Part shown: positions 34,489 to 43,315 of the stretch, piece after piece
How positions within the stretch are numbered: position 1 is the first letter of the stretch
How the letters are laid out: the number at the start of each line of letters is the position of its first letter
Assembly (NCBI GenBank): GCA_964496915.1
Contig: CAZCAX010000002.1
Coordinates: 247,553 to 311,552, forward strand
Direction: 5' to 3'
DNA from: an uncultured Rhodobacter sp.
GTDB lineage: Bacteria > Pseudomonadota > Alphaproteobacteria > Rhodobacterales > Rhodobacteraceae
DNA: 64,000 nucleotides
Translations under genes and position numbers: made by a program
The notes under the pieces: model-generated
Seen by the model: the letters and a program-made list of their open reading frames with translations, nothing else
Told to the model about the DNA's origin: nothing
Databases searched by the model: none

Positions 34489-35541
34489 TCAATCAACAAT
34501 AACAGGACCGGCAGGGGGTTGGCGCCGGTGCATCCGGGTAACAAGAGGGCTGGCCAATAGTGCGCCAGTATGAAGCCTCTGTTCAAGCCGCGGGAAGGCA
34601 CGCCTGAGTTCCTCGGCCATCGGCGCGGGCAGGCGGGTCAGCGTGTCGGGGCAGACAAGCAGGCTTTCACAGGGAACTCCCTCGGCATAAATGATTTCGT
34701 GGCGGTCAAAGACAAGGCTGAAATATTCGACAAATCCACCTTCGGCGCGCAGGATCTGTTGAGCGTCCACCAAATGGCGCGCCTGCACCAGCAGTTCGGC
34801 CATGCCCGCGACCGCCCGGGCCTCGCGCCGGTAGAGAAACAGGCGGTGATAGGGGCTGACCACCAGTGGCGCCGGATTGCCCATCACGCCGGGCAGGATT
34901 GTCACCGGCGCGAAACCACCCACCGCGCGCAACCGCACCGCACCTTTCCAGCGCAGCACCTGCACGCCGTGGTCACGCGTGATGACCTGCTGGCCGGGTT
35001 CCAGTGACTCGACCGGCACTTGTCGTCCGTCCTGAAGCGCGATCCGGGTGCCGCGTGCAAAGGCACCGGTCACCATGCCGGCAAGCCGCAAGGGGCCGGG
35101 TTCATCATCAGCAGCGATGAGTGTGTAGATCTGGCGCGCGCGCAGCGGAGCCAGCGGCAGCGCCAACCGGCCGGTGCCAGGGCTGCCCAACACCAGCACC
35201 TCGACCAGATCGCCATCGGGGGCCATCAGCGAAAGGCTTCCGCACAGGACGACGACGGCACCGGGCTGGCCAAGCGCCGAACCCGTGCCGATCCGGCCCG
35301 TGACACCCTCACCAAGTGTCAGCACCAGCGTTGCAGAATGGCTGTCATCGTCGAGGCGGTAGAAATCGCCGGCCACGCTGTCCGCGGGCATCGGCAGCGC
35401 ATCGCCGGCATTCGCACCCGACAGCACACGCAGCGCCGCGGCCGGATACACCGTTACGGCATGCCCTGTCGTGCCCTCGTCCTCGTGCGGTGCTGCCGGC
35501 ACGATGGCCGCAGGCGCGTGGTGCGGGTCTGTGCGGTCCAT
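34489..35541 (-). CDS. Hint (Hedgehog/intein-like, Hint_2-type) domain protein
   Basis: FARGTRIALQDGRQVPVESLEPGQQVITRDHGVQVLRW, VVSPYHRLFL, LVFDRHEIIYAEGVPCESLL, preceded by the N-terminal region common to Rhodobacterales Hint proteins (SGANAGDAL...GDFYRL...). Confidence 0.8.
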   Translation of the reverse strand: MDRTDPHHAPAAIVPAAPHEDEGTTGHAVTVYPAAALRVLSGANAGDALPMPADSVAGDFYRLDDDSHSATLVLTLGEGVTGRIGTGSALGQPGAVVVLCGSLSLMAPDGDLVEVLVLGSPGTGRLALPLAPLRARQIYTLIAADDEPGPLRLAGMVTGAFARGTRIALQDGRQVPVESLEPGQQVITRDHGVQVLRWKGAVRLRAVGGFAPVTILPGVMGNPAPLVVSPYHRLFLYRREARAVAGMAELLVQARHLVDAQQILRAEGGFVEYFSLVFDRHEIIYAEGVPCESLLVCPDTLTRLPAPMAEELRRAFPRLEQRLHTGALLASPLVTRMHRRQPPAGPVIVD

Positions 35542-35670
35542 GGTTGTTGGCGTTCCTCAAGCTCTCTCGACGGTTGCATGGTATGGCGCGCCCGGAGGGG
35601 CGTCAATTGCGCCGCTCAGCGGGCAGTGCTAGGTCAGTATACAGGAATACGAAAGCGGGAGTGGCAAGAA

Positions 35671-36450
35671 ATGGATCTGGGGATCAAGGGCAAACGGGCG
35701 CTGGTCTGCGCTTCAAGCAAAGGGCTGGGGCTGGGCTGTGCGCAGGCATTGGCGCAGGCGGGGGTCGATCTGGTGATGAACGCGCGCGGTGCCGAGGCGT
35801 TGGAGGCTGCCGCGGCCCGGATCCGTACCGACCATGGCGTCGCAGTCACCACTGTTGCCACCGATATCACCTCCGAGGAGGGCCGCGCCGAGGTGCTGTC
35901 GGCGGCAGGACAGGTGGACATTCTGGTCACCAATGCAGGCGGTCCGCCGCCGGGGATGTGGCATGACTGGGAACGCGCGGATTTCATAAAGGCGCTCGAC
36001 GCCAACATGCTGACCCCGATCGCGCTGATGAAAGCGCTTTTGCCGGGGATGATGGACCGTGGCTGGGGCCGGGTGGTCAATATTACCTCGCAATCGGTAA
36101 AATCGCCTATCGCTACGCTGGGCCTGTCGAACTCGGCACGCGCCGGGCTGACCGGCTATGTCGCGGGTACCGCGCGGCAAGTGGCGGGCAAGGGGGTGAC
36201 GATCAACAACCTCTTGCCCGGTATCCATGACACCGACCGCGCAATATCGCTGGACGCCAATGCCGCCAAGGCGCAGGGCATCACGCCTGAAGAGGCTCGG
36301 CGCGCGCGCGCCGGGTCGATCCCCGCCGGGCGCTACGGCACCGCGCAGGAATTCGGCGCGGCTTGCGCTTTCCTGTGTAGCCAGCATGCGGGATTCATTG
36401 TCGGACAGAACCTGCTGCTGGACGGTGGCGCGGTGAACGCAACGCTGTGA
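35671..36450 (+). CDS. SDR-family oxidoreductase (3-oxoacyl-ACP reductase-like)
   Basis: KRALVCASSKGLGLG, LVTNAGGPPPG, NITS...S and C-terminal GQNLLLDGG. Start at ATG 35671. The upstream ORF extension is antisense to the Hint gene. Confidence 0.9.
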   Translation: MDLGIKGKRALVCASSKGLGLGCAQALAQAGVDLVMNARGAEALEAAAARIRTDHGVAVTTVATDITSEEGRAEVLSAAGQVDILVTNAGGPPPGMWHDWERADFIKALDANMLTPIALMKALLPGMMDRGWGRVVNITSQSVKSPIATLGLSNSARAGLTGYVAGTARQVAGKGVTINNLLPGIHDTDRAISLDANAAKAQGITPEEARRARAGSIPAGRYGTAQEFGAACAFLCSQHAGFIVGQNLLLDGGAVNATL

Positions 36451-36460
36451 GGGCGGGCAG

Positions 36461-36530
36461 GGGGAGGGGGTGTTGCCCCCTCCTCCGGCCTGCGGCCATT
36501 CATCCCCAGGATATTTTCAGACAGAGAATG
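36461..36530. repeat. Intergenic repeat family, copy C (hairpin + core)
   Basis: GGAGGGGG-TGTTG-CCCCCTCC hairpin, then GGCCTGCGGCCATTCATCCCCAGGATATTTTCAGACAGAGAATG. Lies between convergent stops (36450 / 36532). Confidence 0.8.
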
Positions 36531-36531
36531 C

Positions 36532-36885
36532 TCAGGACGGGGTTACACCCGCCTGGGGCAGCAGCGTGCCGATTTTGTAGAGCAGGCTGCGCGCCGGTTT
36601 GGCGCGGGGATGATCGGGCGCGTCGGAAAGGCTGCGCAGGGCTTCGACCAGCGCCTCCAGTTCTTCGGGGGTCAGCACGGTGGGCGGCAGCACAAGGGGC
36701 GCGCGCAGGATATATCCCAGGCCACGCTCACCCTCGACTGGCAGCCCGGTTGCAGCCATCATCGCCATGTCGCGCCAGATGGTGCGGGTGGATACACCCA
36801 TCGCGCGCGCCAGTTCCGCCGCCGTGCGCAGCTTTCCGTCACGCATCAGTTGCACAAGATCATAGAGGCGCTGGTCACGTTTCAT
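36532..36885 (-). CDS. Short YafY/DeoR-like HTH protein (HTH_11-type N-terminal domain only, no WYL domain)
   Basis: RLYDLVQLMRDGKLRTAAELARAMGVSTRTIWRDMAMMAATGLPVEGERGLGYIL. 117 aa, ending 1 nt from repeat copy C. Confidence 0.7.
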   Translation of the reverse strand: MKRDQRLYDLVQLMRDGKLRTAAELARAMGVSTRTIWRDMAMMAATGLPVEGERGLGYILRAPLVLPPTVLTPEELEALVEALRSLSDAPDHPRAKPARSLLYKIGTLLPQAGVTPS

Positions 36886-37078
36886 GGCAGTCTCCGTTGC
36901 GGCGCCCGTTCCGGCGCTCGCCTGGGGGCAACTGACAAAATACTGTCAGGAGAGTGCGGGCACCAGTCCTGAAGGCACGAATTGGGGCTTTGATCCGTCT
37001 GCGCGGGGGCATAAACAGGGAACAGAACAATCCCTGGATGCGCAGCTACCTGCGTGCCCCCGAAGTCAGGAGAGATCC

Positions 37079-37336
37079 ATGGTCACCGCACAGATGGTAA
37101 CCCCGCTTTTCATCAACAACGCCGGGCCCTGGGGCCTGCTTCTGATCGCCGTCGTGGTGCTGGTGTTGTTCGGCCGCGGCAAGATTGCCGGTTTGATGGG
37201 CGAGGTCGGCAAAGGCATCACCGCGTTCAAGCGTGGTGTCAAGGACAGCACCGACGAGATCGAGAACAAGAGCGACGACAGCAGCGCCGATACGGCGCGC
37301 GACGTCACCCCGTCGCGCGACCGCGACAACGCCTGA
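37079..37336 (+). CDS. tatA: Twin-arginine translocase subunit TatA
   Basis: WGLLLIAVVVLVLFGRGKIAGLMGEVGKGITAFKRG. Start at ATG 37079 after AGGAG (37094 is also possible). Confidence 0.85.
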   Translation: MVTAQMVTPLFINNAGPWGLLLIAVVVLVLFGRGKIAGLMGEVGKGITAFKRGVKDSTDEIENKSDDSSADTARDVTPSRDRDNA

Positions 37337-37440
37337 CATTTTCCGCGCCGCTCCGTCGGATGCCCAGGGGGCGTCAGCGGGAGCGGCTGGATCACCGGAG
37401 CCCGTTTGCCGCAATGGCCTGAGCGGGCGGAGAGCGTGCA

Positions 37441-38118
37441 ATGTTGGATATCGGCTGGACCGAGCTTCTGATCATCGGCGTGGTTGCGCTGATCGTGGTG
37501 GGCCCCAAGGACCTGCCAAAGATGTTTCGCACCCTCGGGCAATTGACCGGCAAGGCCCGCGCCATGGCGCGCGAATTTCAGCGCGCAATGGATGCTGCCG
37601 CCGACGAGACCGGCGTGAAAGATATGGCGCGTGATTTGCGCGATACGGCTTCCGGGCGCAAGTTCAAGGACGAGATGGGCCTGGACGAGCTGGACCGCGA
37701 GATGCGCGCGATGGGGCGGCCCGATCAATGGGGCAATGATGCCGGCAAGCCCGGCACCAAGAAGCCCGAGACGGTTGCCCAGCGTCGGGCGCGCGAGAAA
37801 GCCGCTGCTGCCGAAGGGGCCGAGGCCGAGGATGACGAGGCCATCGCCGCCGAGCATGACGCCGCTCTTGCCGCGCGCAACAAAAAGACCTCTGCACTTG
37901 AGGCCGAACGGTTGAAGGCCGCCGACCGTGCCGCTGCCGCGCGCAGCAAGGCGGCCGAGATCCGCGCCCGCCGCGAGGCCGAGGCGTCTGCCACGACCGT
38001 TCCCGCTGCCGCGCCCGAACCCCCTGAAAGCGGGGCGTCCGCCGCTTCCCGCAAGGCGCCCGCGCGCAAGGCTGATGGTCCGGCCAAGCGCGGCCAAGGC
38101 CCCGAGGCAGAAACCTGA
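37441..38118 (+). CDS. tatB: Twin-arginine translocase subunit TatB
   Basis: [33 protein letters not shown], then a long Ala/Glu/Lys-rich tail. Confidence 0.9.
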   Translation: MLDIGWTELLIIGVVALIVVGPKDLPKMFRTLGQLTGKARAMAREFQRAMDAAADETGVKDMARDLRDTASGRKFKDEMGLDELDREMRAMGRPDQWGNDAGKPGTKKPETVAQRRAREKAAAAEGAEAEDDEAIAAEHDAALAARNKKTSALEAERLKAADRAAAARSKAAEIRARREAEASATTVPAAAPEPPESGASAASRKAPARKADGPAKRGQGPEAET

Positions 38119-38135
38119 CAGCGCAAGGCCCCAGA

Positions 38136-39005
38136 ATGCCCGCCCAAACCCGCAAAGACGACACGATCGAAGACAGTTCGGCGCCCCTGATCGAGCATCT
38201 GGCCGAACTGCGTTCACGCATCATCAAATCGCTTCTGGCCTTTGTGGTCGGGATGATGATCAGTTTCACGGTCTGGAACCCGATCTTCAATTTCCTGACC
38301 CAACCGCTGTGTGACGCGCTGATGTCGCGCGGACAGGAGTGCAACCTGATCCTGATCCAGTTGCAGGAAGGTTTCTTTGTCGCGGTGCGTATCGCCATGC
38401 TGGGCGGTTTCGTGCTGGCCTTCCCGATCATCGCCACGCAGATGTGGCGTTTCGTGGCGCCGGGGCTTTATCGTTCGGAGAAGGGGGCGTTTCTGCCCTT
38501 TCTCATCGCGTCGCCGGGAATGTTCTTTCTGGGTGCGGCCTTCGCTTTCTACGTCGTCACGCCGTTGGCTTTCACCTTCTTTCTGGGGTTCCAGCAGCCC
38601 GGCAGCCTTACGGGCGAGGTGCCGCCTGAACTGGCGGGCGAGGAACACACGCTGGCGCAGGTGGGCATCGCCTTTCAGGGCTCGGTCAACGAATACCTGT
38701 CTCTGACCACGCGGTTCATCATCGCCTTCGGGTTGTGTTTTCAGCTGCCAGTGCTGCTGACACTGATGGGCAAGGCCGGGCTGGTATCGGCGGCAGGGCT
38801 GCGGGCAGGGCGGAAATGGGCCATTGTCGGCATTCTGGCGCTGGCAGCCTTTGTCACGCCGCCAGACGTGATCACCCAGATCATTTTGTTTGCGGCTGTT
38901 TATGGACTTTATGAGATCTCTATCTGGCTGGTGGCGCGCGTGGAGCGCAAGCGCAACGAAGAGCTGCGGGCAGAAGGTATCCTTGACGAGGACGAAGAGA
39001 TTTGA
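38136..39005 (+). CDS. tatC: Twin-arginine translocase subunit TatC
   Basis: [13 protein letters not shown], six-TM layout, TPPDVITQ. Confidence 0.95.
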   Translation: MPAQTRKDDTIEDSSAPLIEHLAELRSRIIKSLLAFVVGMMISFTVWNPIFNFLTQPLCDALMSRGQECNLILIQLQEGFFVAVRIAMLGGFVLAFPIIATQMWRFVAPGLYRSEKGAFLPFLIASPGMFFLGAAFAFYVVTPLAFTFFLGFQQPGSLTGEVPPELAGEEHTLAQVGIAFQGSVNEYLSLTTRFIIAFGLCFQLPVLLTLMGKAGLVSAAGLRAGRKWAIVGILALAAFVTPPDVITQIILFAAVYGLYEISIWLVARVERKRNEELRAEGILDEDEEI

Positions 39006-39016
39006 CGGAATACCAG

Positions 39017-39859
39017 ATGAGCGGACAAGTGATGATCCGGATCGCCGAGGCGCTTGAACGCCTGAGCCCGCCATCCGCGCCGGCGCCTGATTTTTCCAGT
39101 GCCGACGCGTTCATATGGCATACAGGGCCCGACCGGCTGGAACCGGTGGCCAGGGTCAACCGCGTGTCGCTTGACCTGTTGTTGGGGATCGGCCGTGCCC
39201 GCGATATCCTGCTGGAGAACACGATGCAGTTCGCCTGCGGCTTCGGGGCGAACAATGCGCTGTTGTGGGGCGCGCGGGGGATGGGAAAATCCTCGCTGGT
39301 GAAGGCCGTTCATGCGGCGGTGCTGGCAGAGGGGCTGTCGTGCAAGCTGGTGGAGATCCAGCGCGAGGATCTGCCGTCGGTCGGGCGGCTGTTGCACCAT
39401 CTGCGCAGCGCGCCGGAGACGCGTTTTGTACTGTTTTGCGACGATCTGTCATTCAGCCATGACGATACGCATTACAAATCGCTCAAGGCGGTGCTGGATG
39501 GCGGGATCGAGGGGCGACCGGAGAATGTGATCCTGTATGCCACGTCAAACCGCCGTCACCTGATGCCGCGCGACATGATCGAGAACGAGCGCTCGACGGC
39601 GATCAGCCCTTCGGAGGCGGTCGAGGAGAAGGTGTCGCTGTCTGACCGGTTCGGCCTGTGGCTGGGGTTCCATCCCTGCACGCAGGACGAGTATCTGGCG
39701 ATGATCGACGGCTACTGCCGGGATGCGGGGATCGATGTGCCCGCCGAGCAGCTGCGCGCCGAGGCGATCGAATGGCAGGCGACGCGGGGTGCGCGTTCGG
39801 GCCGGGTTGCCTGGCAGTTCTTTTGCGATCTGGCAGGCAGGATGGGGCGTTCGGTGTAG
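39017..39859 (+). CDS. DUF815-family AAA-type ATP-binding protein
   Basis: LLWGARGMGKSSLVKAV (Walker A), FVLFCDDLSF (Walker B), ILYATSNRRHL. An alternative TTG start at 39002 overlaps the tatC stop. Confidence 0.8.
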   Translation: MSGQVMIRIAEALERLSPPSAPAPDFSSADAFIWHTGPDRLEPVARVNRVSLDLLLGIGRARDILLENTMQFACGFGANNALLWGARGMGKSSLVKAVHAAVLAEGLSCKLVEIQREDLPSVGRLLHHLRSAPETRFVLFCDDLSFSHDDTHYKSLKAVLDGGIEGRPENVILYATSNRRHLMPRDMIENERSTAISPSEAVEEKVSLSDRFGLWLGFHPCTQDEYLAMIDGYCRDAGIDVPAEQLRAEAIEWQATRGARSGRVAWQFFCDLAGRMGRSV

Positions 39860-39920
39860 CCTGTAGACGGAGGGCGGGTCGGGGTGCTTGTCATGGCAAG
39901 TCCGCCCGCGGATCGTGGCC

Positions 39921-40346
39921 TCAGGGTGCCAGCCTGCCGATCCAGCGTTGCAGCCGCGCTGCATTGACCCCCATGTCGCCACGGCCAAACCGGGAACGCG
40001 ACAGCGCCGTTACCCTTGTGCCTTGGGCGGTTTCGTCCAGCCGGATGGTGACATAATCGGGAAAGCGCATCAGCCGGGTGCGCGCGATCCAGGTGGTCAG
40101 TTCGTCGCCCCCGGCAAGGATCGTCGCACCTTCGCGGCGGGCCTGAGCACTGATACGTGCGGCAACCTCGGGGCGGGGCAACGGGATATCGTTTTCGAGG
40201 CGGGCGAAGTTCGGGGTTGCGGGGTCTGGAATGACATCGGGGTCGGCGTGCCACCGCGCCGTGTCGGAGGGCGCGAGGCGGATGTAGAGCAGCAGTCCGA
40301 ACACAACAAGGAGCACGAGGCCGAACAGGAAGGCGAGGGTTTTCAT
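39921..40346 (-). CDS. DUF1499-family membrane-anchored protein
   Basis: N-terminal TM, FPDYVTIRLDE, SRSRFGRGDMGVNAARL. Confidence 0.72.
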   Translation of the reverse strand: MKTLAFLFGLVLLVVFGLLLYIRLAPSDTARWHADPDVIPDPATPNFARLENDIPLPRPEVAARISAQARREGATILAGGDELTTWIARTRLMRFPDYVTIRLDETAQGTRVTALSRSRFGRGDMGVNAARLQRWIGRLAP

Positions 40347-40464
40347 TGACCGCCCTTACGAGTGTTTCCCTTGAAAGGTAGAGCACAGCACCCGTCTGTC
40401 CAGCCGGGTTGCGCGGTTGGATTTGCGTATTTGGAGCAAGATGAAACCGGGGAGGAGGCGGCAA

Positions 40465-41427
40465 TCAGCGCCTGTGAGGCCAGCAAAAGAGGCAGATCAG
40501 CTCCATCGCGACATGCGCGCCCATGATGGCGGTGGCGCCGGTGGTGTCATAGGGGGGCGAGACCTCGACCACGTCGCCGCCCTTGAGGTTGATCCCCGCC
40601 AGCGAGCGCAGGATCGCCGCCGCCTGCCAGCTTGCCAGCCCGCCCCAGACCGGGGTGCCGGTGCCCGGTGCAAAAGCCGGGTCGAGCGCGTCGATATCAA
40701 AGGTCAGGTAGCTGGGGCCGTCGCCAACGATCTCGCGCACGCGGGCAGCGACCGTTTCAGGCGTCTGGCGGTGAAGGCTGGGCGCGTCGATCACGTTGAA
40801 GCCCAGATAATCATCGCATTCGGTGCGGATGCCGATCTGAACCGAATGCGCTGGGTCGACGAAGCCCTGTTTGACGGCCTTGTACATCATTGTGCCGTGG
40901 TCGATGCGCGTCAGGTCGTCATCGGCCCAGAGGTCGGAATGGGCGTCGAACTGGATCACGCGCATCGGCCCGAATTTCTCGGCATAGGCTTGCAGGATCG
41001 GCAGGGTGATGTAGTGATCGCCGCCCAGCGTGATCGTACCCGGCCCGGCTTTGAGGATGCCGGCGATATGGTTCCTGAGTGCTGCGGGGAAATCGGCGGT
41101 TTTGGCGTAGTCGAACGCCATGTCGCCGTAATCGGTGATGGTGAAATCCGAGAGCGGGTCAAAGCCCCAGCCGAAGGGCGGGTCGTAGGGTTGCAGGGTT
41201 GATGCCTCGCGGATGGCGCGCGGCCCGAAGCGGGTGCCGGGGCGGTGGGTGACGGCCTGATCGAAGGGCACGCCGGTTACTGCCAGATCAACGCCTGACA
41301 GATCCTTGGTATAGCGCCGCCGGAGGAAACTGGTGGCACCGCCGAAGGCGTTCTCAAAGGCGAGGCCGCGCCGGTTTTCCCGGGTGAAGGCGGTGTCGAC
41401 CTGTTTCTTTGCGTCTTCAAGCGCCAT
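40465..41427 (-). CDS. Ureohydrolase (agmatinase / guanidino-acid hydrolase family)
   Basis: GGDHYITLPIL, FDAHSDLW, LTFDIDALDP, SPPYD. Start at ATG 41427, which follows GGAGG. Confidence 0.9.
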   Translation of the reverse strand: MALEDAKKQVDTAFTRENRRGLAFENAFGGATSFLRRRYTKDLSGVDLAVTGVPFDQAVTHRPGTRFGPRAIREASTLQPYDPPFGWGFDPLSDFTITDYGDMAFDYAKTADFPAALRNHIAGILKAGPGTITLGGDHYITLPILQAYAEKFGPMRVIQFDAHSDLWADDDLTRIDHGTMMYKAVKQGFVDPAHSVQIGIRTECDDYLGFNVIDAPSLHRQTPETVAARVREIVGDGPSYLTFDIDALDPAFAPGTGTPVWGGLASWQAAAILRSLAGINLKGGDVVEVSPPYDTTGATAIMGAHVAMELICLFCWPHRR

Positions 41428-41588
41428 GGGCGGCCTCCGTCGGTGTGTCGGGCGGAATATGATCAAATCAGGAATGCTTGGCAATCCGCTTTCACCCGGA
41501 GACGCGCGGGGGCCGTTGCGGTGGTTCTGGCTTGGCACTACCCTGCCGAAGCGAAGGGCGGAATCCTTCGTGCAACCGGAAGCACTGC

Positions 41589-42908
41589 ATGGCCCGTCTT
41601 TACGAAACTGAAGCCTATGATACGGGCAAATGGCCCGATAGTTACTGGCGTGCCAGCACCGATCTGCCGCCCTCCGCGCCCCCGCTTGAGGGCGGGCATC
41701 AGGCCGAGGTGGCGATCATCGGGGCGGGCTATGCCGGGCTGAATGCGGCGCTGGAACTGGCTGAACGGTTCGGCATTCAGGCGCATGTGCTGGAGGCCGG
41801 GCAGCCGGGTTGGGGGGCCTCGGGGCGCAATGGCGGGTTTTGCTGCCATGGCGGGGCCAAGCTGAGTGCGCAACAGATTGCTGCGCGCCATGGCGAAAGT
41901 GTCGCGCGCGAATGGCAGGCGTTTGAACATGACGCCATCGAGCGGGTGCGCGACAACCTCAACCGCTATGATATCGACGCCGACGCCGGGCCCGAGGGCG
42001 AGCTGTACATGGCCCATTCGATGCGCAGCTTTGCGCGGATGCGGGCCGAACCGCTTGCGCCAGGGGCCGAGTTGTTACCGCGCGCCGCGCTGGTCGAGCG
42101 CGGTTTTCAAGCTGCGGGTCTGGAGGGTGCGATTCTGTCGCCGCATGGCTTTCCGCTGCATCCGCTGAAATATGCGCTGGGGCTGGCCCGGGCGGCACAG
42201 GCGGCGGGAGTGGTGCTGCATGGCGGCAGTGCTGTGACGGGACTGGCGCGAGAGGGGGCGGGATGGCGGTTGCAGACCGCGCGCGGTGACCTGCGCGCGA
42301 AAAGGGTGCTGGTTGCCACCAACGGCTACAGCGACGAGGCGCTGCCGCCCTGGCTGCACGGGCGCATCTTTCCGCTTCTCTCGGCGATCCTTGTCACCCG
42401 CCCGCTGACCGGGGCCGAGCGCGAGGCGCAGGGATGGACCAGCCGCATCATGGCCTATGACAGCCGGCGGGTGCTGCATTACTATCGGCTGTTGCCGGAC
42501 GGGCGGTTCCTGTTCGGCGGACGCGGCGGGATTTCGGCGCGTGGCGATGCGCTGGCCGCCTTCCATAGCACCCTGCGGGCCGAGTTCGAGGGGATGTTTC
42601 CTGCCTTTGCCGGCGCCGCGACCGAGCGTTACTGGGCCGGTTTCGTCTGCATGACCGGTAGTTGGCGGCCGTTTTGCGCCGAAGTTCCGGGTCAGCCGGG
42701 CCTGTTTGCGGCCTTGGGATGGCATGGAAACGGGGTGGCGGCGGCTTCCGAAGGCGGACGACGGATCGCGCGGGCGTTGGCGGGGGAGGTGAACCCTGCG
42801 CCCGCGCTGTTGCAGGCGCCGTTGAAGCGCTTCCCGCTGCCCGCGCTGCGCCGCCCGCTCAAGGGGCTGGCGGTGGGGCTGGCCAAGCTGGCGGATCGGC
42901 TGACATGA
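41589..42908 (+). CDS. FAD-dependent oxidoreductase (DAO family, gamma-glutamylputrescine-oxidase-like)
   Basis: VAIIGAGYAGLNAALELA dinucleotide-binding motif, about 439 aa. Divergent from the ureohydrolase. Confidence 0.85.
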   Translation: MARLYETEAYDTGKWPDSYWRASTDLPPSAPPLEGGHQAEVAIIGAGYAGLNAALELAERFGIQAHVLEAGQPGWGASGRNGGFCCHGGAKLSAQQIAARHGESVAREWQAFEHDAIERVRDNLNRYDIDADAGPEGELYMAHSMRSFARMRAEPLAPGAELLPRAALVERGFQAAGLEGAILSPHGFPLHPLKYALGLARAAQAAGVVLHGGSAVTGLAREGAGWRLQTARGDLRAKRVLVATNGYSDEALPPWLHGRIFPLLSAILVTRPLTGAEREAQGWTSRIMAYDSRRVLHYYRLLPDGRFLFGGRGGISARGDALAAFHSTLRAEFEGMFPAFAGAATERYWAGFVCMTGSWRPFCAEVPGQPGLFAALGWHGNGVAAASEGGRRIARALAGEVNPAPALLQAPLKRFPLPALRRPLKGLAVGLAKLADRLT

Positions 42909-43216
42909 GAAGCGCGGTGCTGATCCTTATGCTGGCCGTCGCCCCGGCCCTGGCGGAAACGGGGGATGCCTGGAGCCAGCGCAAATGTGCGCTTTACGCC
43001 GATGCCTGGTCGCGCGCGCTTGAGGTGGTCGGGCGCGAGGGAATCAGCGAGGATTTCATCGCCGCGCATGACGATTTCATCGTCGGGGGGTGCGCGCTGC
43101 GCGGCGCGGTCTGCCCCCGTTCAGTGCAGGAATACCGGCTGGCCGATATTCTGACCATCGCGGCGATGAACGAGGGAATGGCCAGTACATTTCTGCCCTT
43201 TGCCTGTCCTGGCTGA
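42905..43216 (+). CDS. Hypothetical secreted 103-aa protein (5 Cys after signal-peptide cleavage)
   Basis: ATGA overlap with the oxidoreductase stop. Signal peptide MRSAVLILMLAVAPALA|ETG. No motif recognised. Confidence 0.5.
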   Translation: MRSAVLILMLAVAPALAETGDAWSQRKCALYADAWSRALEVVGREGISEDFIAAHDDFIVGGCALRGAVCPRSVQEYRLADILTIAAMNEGMASTFLPFACPG

Positions 43217-43315
43217 CACGCGCAGGTTGCCCGGGCGCGCCCGAGCGTTTAAGCAGATCCTTGGTCGCTTCCTGTTCGGGCGGCAAGTCATGTGTGATTG
43301 TGCAGGAGCGCGCGA

